Origin: Candidatus Woesearchaeota archaeon
GTDB lineage: Archaea > Nanobdellota > Nanobdellia > Woesearchaeales > SKIA01
Assembly (NCBI GenBank): GCA_046704725.1
Contig: JBJKRI010000003.1
Location: forward strand, 93,758-157,757
DNA length: 64,000 nucleotides
Direction of reading: 5' to 3'
The notes beneath the pieces are model-generated. The model was not told the origin of the DNA. It searched no databases and saw nothing but the letters and a program-made list of their open reading frames with translations. Every line of letters starts with the position of its first letter. Position 1 is the stretch's first letter. Shown here piece after piece: positions 59,963 to 64,000 of the stretch. The position numbers and the translations under genes are program-made.

Positions 59963-60739
59963 ATGGCACACATCGCATTTCTTGGGACGGGCGGGGACGC
60001 CTATACCGTCGCGCGGCAGGTCCGTGGCGCCGGAGGCATCATCATCGAGCTCGAAGGCCAGCAATTCCACCTCGACCCCGGCCCCGGAAGCCTTCCTATG
60101 GCAAAACAGATGGGCATCGACCTGCGCAAGAACGTCGCGTTGCTCATCACGCACGCGCACCTCAACCACGCGGGCGACGCGAACGCCGTCCTGTCCGCTA
60201 TGAGCTACGGCGGCATGGACCCGCACGGCGTGCTCATCGCGTCAGAGAGCGTCATGAGCGGCGCTCCGGGAATCTCCAAAGCGATCTCCTCGTTCCACAT
60301 GCGCTGCGCGGAACGCGCATTGTCCCTCGTGGGAGTCCCCCGGGTGGGGATCAACACAGTGAATGTCAACATCCTGCCCGCAGTGCACAACGACCCGACC
60401 GCCGTCGGCTTCCAGCTCGTCGCGGGCAAGGACCGCATCTCCTACACGGGCGACACGGGATTGACGCGCGAGGTCATCGAGGCCCATCGCGGCGCGACCG
60501 TGCTCATCGCGTGCATGCCCCTTCCCGCGGAAGAGCACTCCGCCACGCTCCTCAACGTCGAGGACGTCATCGAGCTCGCCAACGAGATCGGGCCGCGCAC
60601 GCTGATCGTCACGCACTTCGGCCACCAGCTCCTCAAACAGGACGTGCGCGCGATCGGCCGCGACATCAGCAAGCGCGTCAAGGCCCATGTCATCATGGCC
60701 GAGGACGGCCTGACGCTCGACTCCAAGACCTATCGCTGA
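59963..60739 (+). CDS. MBL-fold metallo-hydrolase
   Basis: LITHAHLNHAGD HxHxDH motif; start at MAHIAFLGTGG. Confidence 0.65.
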   Translation: MAHIAFLGTGGDAYTVARQVRGAGGIIIELEGQQFHLDPGPGSLPMAKQMGIDLRKNVALLITHAHLNHAGDANAVLSAMSYGGMDPHGVLIASESVMSGAPGISKAISSFHMRCAERALSLVGVPRVGINTVNVNILPAVHNDPTAVGFQLVAGKDRISYTGDTGLTREVIEAHRGATVLIACMPLPAEEHSATLLNVEDVIELANEIGPRTLIVTHFGHQLLKQDVRAIGRDISKRVKAHVIMAEDGLTLDSKTYR

Positions 60740-60778
60740 ATGCGAGGGAATAAATAGGGTCGTCCTCGATATACACGG

Positions 60779-61819
60779 ATGCGATTGTGGTGGCTGGCGA
60801 TCCTCGCCGTGATAGTTGTAGCCGTCGTGCTACTCGTCCGTCCCGGAACGCCGTCTTCAGCGCGGCAGAATCTCCCGGTACGCACGCCAGGAGCGCGCAC
60901 TCCGAACAATACGCTCCAGGGCAGCAGCGCTCCCACGAATCCTCCTTCACAGACGAACACGACACCGAGCGCCCCGAAGACCACCACCGCAACAACGCTT
61001 ACGGACACCATCAACGTGCACGCGATACCGTTGGGCGACGGCAAGGTCTCGAGCGCGCCCAAGCAAGGATACGTCTATTCCTGCGCCCAGACCTTCCGCA
61101 CGGGCGGCGCCCAGCACGACGGCAACTGGATACACGGCGACACGTGGGACCTCACGCAGAAGCTCTCGGTGCAGGGCGCGCTGCATTGGCCCAACGCGCA
61201 GTTCACCGTCACCACACAAGGCGACCGTCGAATCATCACGGGAAACGGATTGCCCGTGGATTCGATAACTGGCAATTTCCCCATCAGTCCCAGCGACCCG
61301 GCGTACCAGATCGACCGCAACCCGAACACCGTCACTCCCTACAATCTCTCCCTCTCGCTGCCACTGGACCCGCAAGCGGCGGCGCAGCCGTCGTGCGTCC
61401 CCATGGGCATGGTCGGCGTCTCCCTCAACGGCGTCGCGATCTTCAACGCCCTCGACGCCGCGGGACGCGACGCGGTCGCCCACGAGGTGCAGGACGCCTG
61501 TTCGGGTCATCCGCAGGAAGCGGGCATCTATCACTACCATGGTCCCAGCCCGTGCATGCCCGGCGTCAACAAGAGCCTCACGCTCGTCGGCTACGCCCTG
61601 GACGGCTACGGCATCTACAGCATGTACGACGCCAACGGCACGGAGATCACCGATTCGCAGCTGGACGCGTGCCACGGCGTGACTTCTGTCGTCCCCTGGG
61701 ACGGCAAGATGGTCAGGATGTACCACTACGTGCTCACGCGCGAATATCCCTATACGATCGGTTGCTTCCACGGGACGCCCGTGCATGTCGGGGGGCCGCA
61801 GAAGCCCCCGCGTCCCTAG
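60779..61819 (+). CDS. secreted YHYH-domain protein
   Basis: TM anchor, Thr/Pro linker, conserved GIYHYHG and VRMYHYV motifs. Confidence 0.55.
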   Translation: MRLWWLAILAVIVVAVVLLVRPGTPSSARQNLPVRTPGARTPNNTLQGSSAPTNPPSQTNTTPSAPKTTTATTLTDTINVHAIPLGDGKVSSAPKQGYVYSCAQTFRTGGAQHDGNWIHGDTWDLTQKLSVQGALHWPNAQFTVTTQGDRRIITGNGLPVDSITGNFPISPSDPAYQIDRNPNTVTPYNLSLSLPLDPQAAAQPSCVPMGMVGVSLNGVAIFNALDAAGRDAVAHEVQDACSGHPQEAGIYHYHGPSPCMPGVNKSLTLVGYALDGYGIYSMYDANGTEITDSQLDACHGVTSVVPWDGKMVRMYHYVLTREYPYTIGCFHGTPVHVGGPQKPPRP

Positions 61820-62712
61820 AGCCCGAGCGCGAGCAGGCCGAAGAGCGCCGCGTATCCAACGAAACAGCCCGCTCCCAGGAACGGCATCGCCGGGTAGAAC
61901 CGGTCCTCTTTCGCGAACACGAACAGCCCGATAAGCGACAGCGTCGCAAACACGACGATGACGCCCGACAATCCCAACGCGGCGAGCTTGGAGTAGCCGT
62001 TGCGGATGAGGTCCTGGAGCACCGCGCTCATGAATATCAGGGGAAAAGCGATGTCCCCGCCGCCGAGCACCGCTGTCCGTCCTGATTCGGACTTCCTGGG
62101 CTTGCTCGATACAGGCGGAGGCGCGCCAGTCAGGCGGACCTTCTTCTGCTTCTTGTCGTACGGCACGAGCAGGCCAGCGAAGAGCTGGCTCTGCGTCTGG
62201 AACTCTGCCATGCGCACCATATGCTTGCTGCGCCAGACCGCGTACATGTCGTAGACTGCGATAAGGACAAGGACGCCGGCCGCTATGGGCACTGTCAGCG
62301 GCAGCCCTTGGGCGATGATGACCGCGATTCCCGCATACACGAGGATCTCCGTGACATTGTGCACGATGAGGTTCGGCTTGAAGATCTTCCACGCCGTGAG
62401 CCCCAGTGATAAGATGATCGCGACAATCCACGGCATGATCACATTGAGCGAATAGGTCATGGACAGCCAGACCGCGAGGAAGAACCAGAGCTTCCACACC
62501 TTGTAGAGCCGGAACCGGATGAGCGCGAGAAGGACTATCGTCCCGATGAGCACCCCGATGACCAGCACGCTCGCTCCTTGCGCGGCTTGCCCTGTGGAAA
62601 CCGTCGGTGGACCTGCCGGAGGCGTTGCGAGCGCGATGAGGCCGAGACCCACGAGCTGCGCGACCACGAAGAACGCGACGAGCAGCATCGTGACCACGGC
62701 GGTGTGCTTCAT
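61816..62712 (-). CDS. presenilin/signal-peptide-peptidase family (A22) GxGD intramembrane aspartyl protease homolog
   Basis: polytopic; AVYDMYAVW (YD motif) and LGGGDIAFPLI (GxGD motif) in consecutive TM helices, PAMPF near C-terminus (PAL-like). Confidence 0.5.
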   Translation of the reverse strand: MKHTAVVTMLLVAFFVVAQLVGLGLIALATPPAGPPTVSTGQAAQGASVLVIGVLIGTIVLLALIRFRLYKVWKLWFFLAVWLSMTYSLNVIMPWIVAIILSLGLTAWKIFKPNLIVHNVTEILVYAGIAVIIAQGLPLTVPIAAGVLVLIAVYDMYAVWRSKHMVRMAEFQTQSQLFAGLLVPYDKKQKKVRLTGAPPPVSSKPRKSESGRTAVLGGGDIAFPLIFMSAVLQDLIRNGYSKLAALGLSGVIVVFATLSLIGLFVFAKEDRFYPAMPFLGAGCFVGYAALFGLLALGL

Positions 62713-62748
62713 GCGAAGGCTTCTCCCTAGCGGCTTAAAAGAGTATCG

Positions 62749-63996
62749 CTACCAGCCGGGATCCTGGTCCCAGGCCTTGATCTGGCCCCAATAATAGGAC
62801 ATGGCGTGGTCGGGTCCCTGGTTGAGGTTCCTTCCGAGGGCGAGGCCGATGATCTTCGTGTTCGGGCCGGTGTTGAAATTCTCGCGGTCGAAGATGAGCG
62901 TGTTGTCTATCCAGAACTTGACGACCCCTGTCCCGTTGCCGAGCTTCCAGAAGACGCGGTAGCGATGCCATTGTCCGTCGTAATACGCGTGGCTCGAGGG
63001 GGCAGGCTCCACGAGGAGTCCTGGGTCGGAGGGCTTTCCCGGACCGTTGTAGTAGAGCGCGATGCCTTCATTCTCCGGAGCGCCCACGGCGAAGTTGTCT
63101 CCGGCCTGCCCGATCTTGGCTTCGAACCTGCTGCTCACGTCCGGCGCGCCGAATAGCCACTTAAGATCCGGATTGCTCTGGCAGCCCCACGATGACGGGG
63201 CGACCGTCGTGAAGTCCGTCGGGAATCTCGCGTACCATTCCACCCAGACTTGCGTGACTGTGTGTGGGAAGACGAGGTTGTCTCCGAGCATGTAGTCCGT
63301 GCATCGACTGCTGCTGTTCGTCCTGTTCTCGAATGTGTATCGCACTGATTGTGTGAGCGTCCCGTATCCTGTCGTCTTGTCGAGATGGATATCCTGTGGG
63401 TTCCAGTATTCGCTGTTGTAGATGCCGCGCGGGTCGGACAGCAGGTCTGCGGTGCTCGTGTATTCGCTGAAATTCTCGACGAAGAATGGCTGCACGCTCG
63501 TCCCTCCACCTGTTCCTCCTCCGGAGCTTGTTGCGACGGAGAAGCTGATCGGGTAATCGGTGGTGTCGTTGTTTCCTGCTGTGTCTTGGCATTTCACGTA
63601 GTAGTTGTATGATTGTCCGTCTGAGAGCCCCGACACGGTTGTCGAGTGCATTGTTCCTCCGGTGTTCGAGAACGTGTTCGCCATATTCGCGTATGCGGTG
63701 TTGGCTGTTGTGCTGTACTTGCATGTCGCGTTCTCGTTCGTCGTTACTGACATGGTGGTGCTCGTCGTTCCCGAAGCGAGCGGGCTCGATGGCGAACTAC
63801 CGCTGATGACTGGAGGTGTGGTGTCCGGTTTGGGTATCCAGGCGGTCCAGTTATCGAAGTCAATGTTCCCGTTCTGCGCCGGTGACCCGAGCCAGCCGTT
63901 CCCGAACACGTCCCAGTGGTCTACGGGCAGGTAGAATTGCGACATGTCGGCGGGGTCGACGTGGTCCACGCTGTCTTCGAGGAGCGCTCCGTCCAC
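62749..63996 (-). CDS. secreted protein with Ser/Thr-rich linker, Ig/FN3-like and concanavalin-like C-terminal domain (N-terminus may lie beyond window)
   Basis: TPPVISGSSPSSPLASGTTSTT linker; C-terminal WHRYRVFWKLGNGTGVVKFWIDNTLIF resembles ConA-like lectin/glucanase jelly roll. Confidence 0.4.
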   Translation of the reverse strand: MDGALLEDSVDHVDPADMSQFYLPVDHWDVFGNGWLGSPAQNGNIDFDNWTAWIPKPDTTPPVISGSSPSSPLASGTTSTTMSVTTNENATCKYSTTANTAYANMANTFSNTGGTMHSTTVSGLSDGQSYNYYVKCQDTAGNNDTTDYPISFSVATSSGGGTGGGTSVQPFFVENFSEYTSTADLLSDPRGIYNSEYWNPQDIHLDKTTGYGTLTQSVRYTFENRTNSSSRCTDYMLGDNLVFPHTVTQVWVEWYARFPTDFTTVAPSSWGCQSNPDLKWLFGAPDVSSRFEAKIGQAGDNFAVGAPENEGIALYYNGPGKPSDPGLLVEPAPSSHAYYDGQWHRYRVFWKLGNGTGVVKFWIDNTLIFDRENFNTGPNTKIIGLALGRNLNQGPDHAMSYYWGQIKAWDQDPGW

Positions 63997-64000
63997 CCAG

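Noticed and set aside
60787-62497. 432-aa plus and 516-aa minus ORFs overlapping YHYH and presenilin-like genes
   Set aside because: Arg/Pro/His-rich out-of-frame artefacts.

Overview
Window overview: a high-GC (~60%) archaeal chromosomal segment.

The archaeal assignment rests on archaeal-type informational genes: a PCNA sliding clamp, Hjc Holliday-junction resolvase, deoxyhypusine synthase, RNA polymerase subunits D and N, ribosomal protein L18e, and an S13-S4-S11-RpoD-tRNA-L18e-L13-S9 cluster. Several bacterial-type genes are also present, including DNA gyrase A, ScpB and a bacterial-type LeuRS. Most genes have a TATA box about 25 nt upstream of the start codon, i.e. leaderless transcripts.

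About 85 coding genes are called. Housekeeping functions include gyrA, aRNase J, PGI/PMI, gpmA, SOD, Nth, Ogg, Mrp/ApbC, TrxB, Bcp, an amino-acid dehydrogenase, and a cluster of nucleotide 'house-cleaning' hydrolases (NUDIX, two HIT-like proteins, HD, HAD, Ham1).

RNA genes:
- tRNA-Leu(CAA) with a 19-nt intron.
- tRNA-Leu(GAG).
- tRNA-His(GUG).
- A probable SRP (7S) RNA in a GC-rich ORF-free gap, driven by its own TATA box.

Most unusual observations:
1. The leucyl-tRNA synthetase carries a ~195-aa RBBP9/YdeN-like alpha/beta serine-hydrolase domain inserted between two Cys pairs of its zinc knuckle.
2. A ~1 kb AT-rich non-coding island (~40% GC) lies directly 3' of tRNA-Leu(CAA) and carries at least 7 irregularly spaced copies of a ~25-nt motif.
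3. A surface-protein locus at the 3' end encodes a tail-fibre-like protein with an internal peptidase-S74 intramolecular-chaperone domain, followed by an MBL hydrolase, a YHYH protein, a presenilin/SPP-like GxGD intramembrane protease and a further secreted protein.
4. tRNA-His has two U-U mismatches in its acceptor stem and ends 1 nt before the GTG start of ham1.
5. A translationally coupled three-gene operon encodes proline-rich, coiled-coil and lysine-rich proteins.

Many long antisense or out-of-frame ORFs in the track are GC-content artefacts and were rejected.
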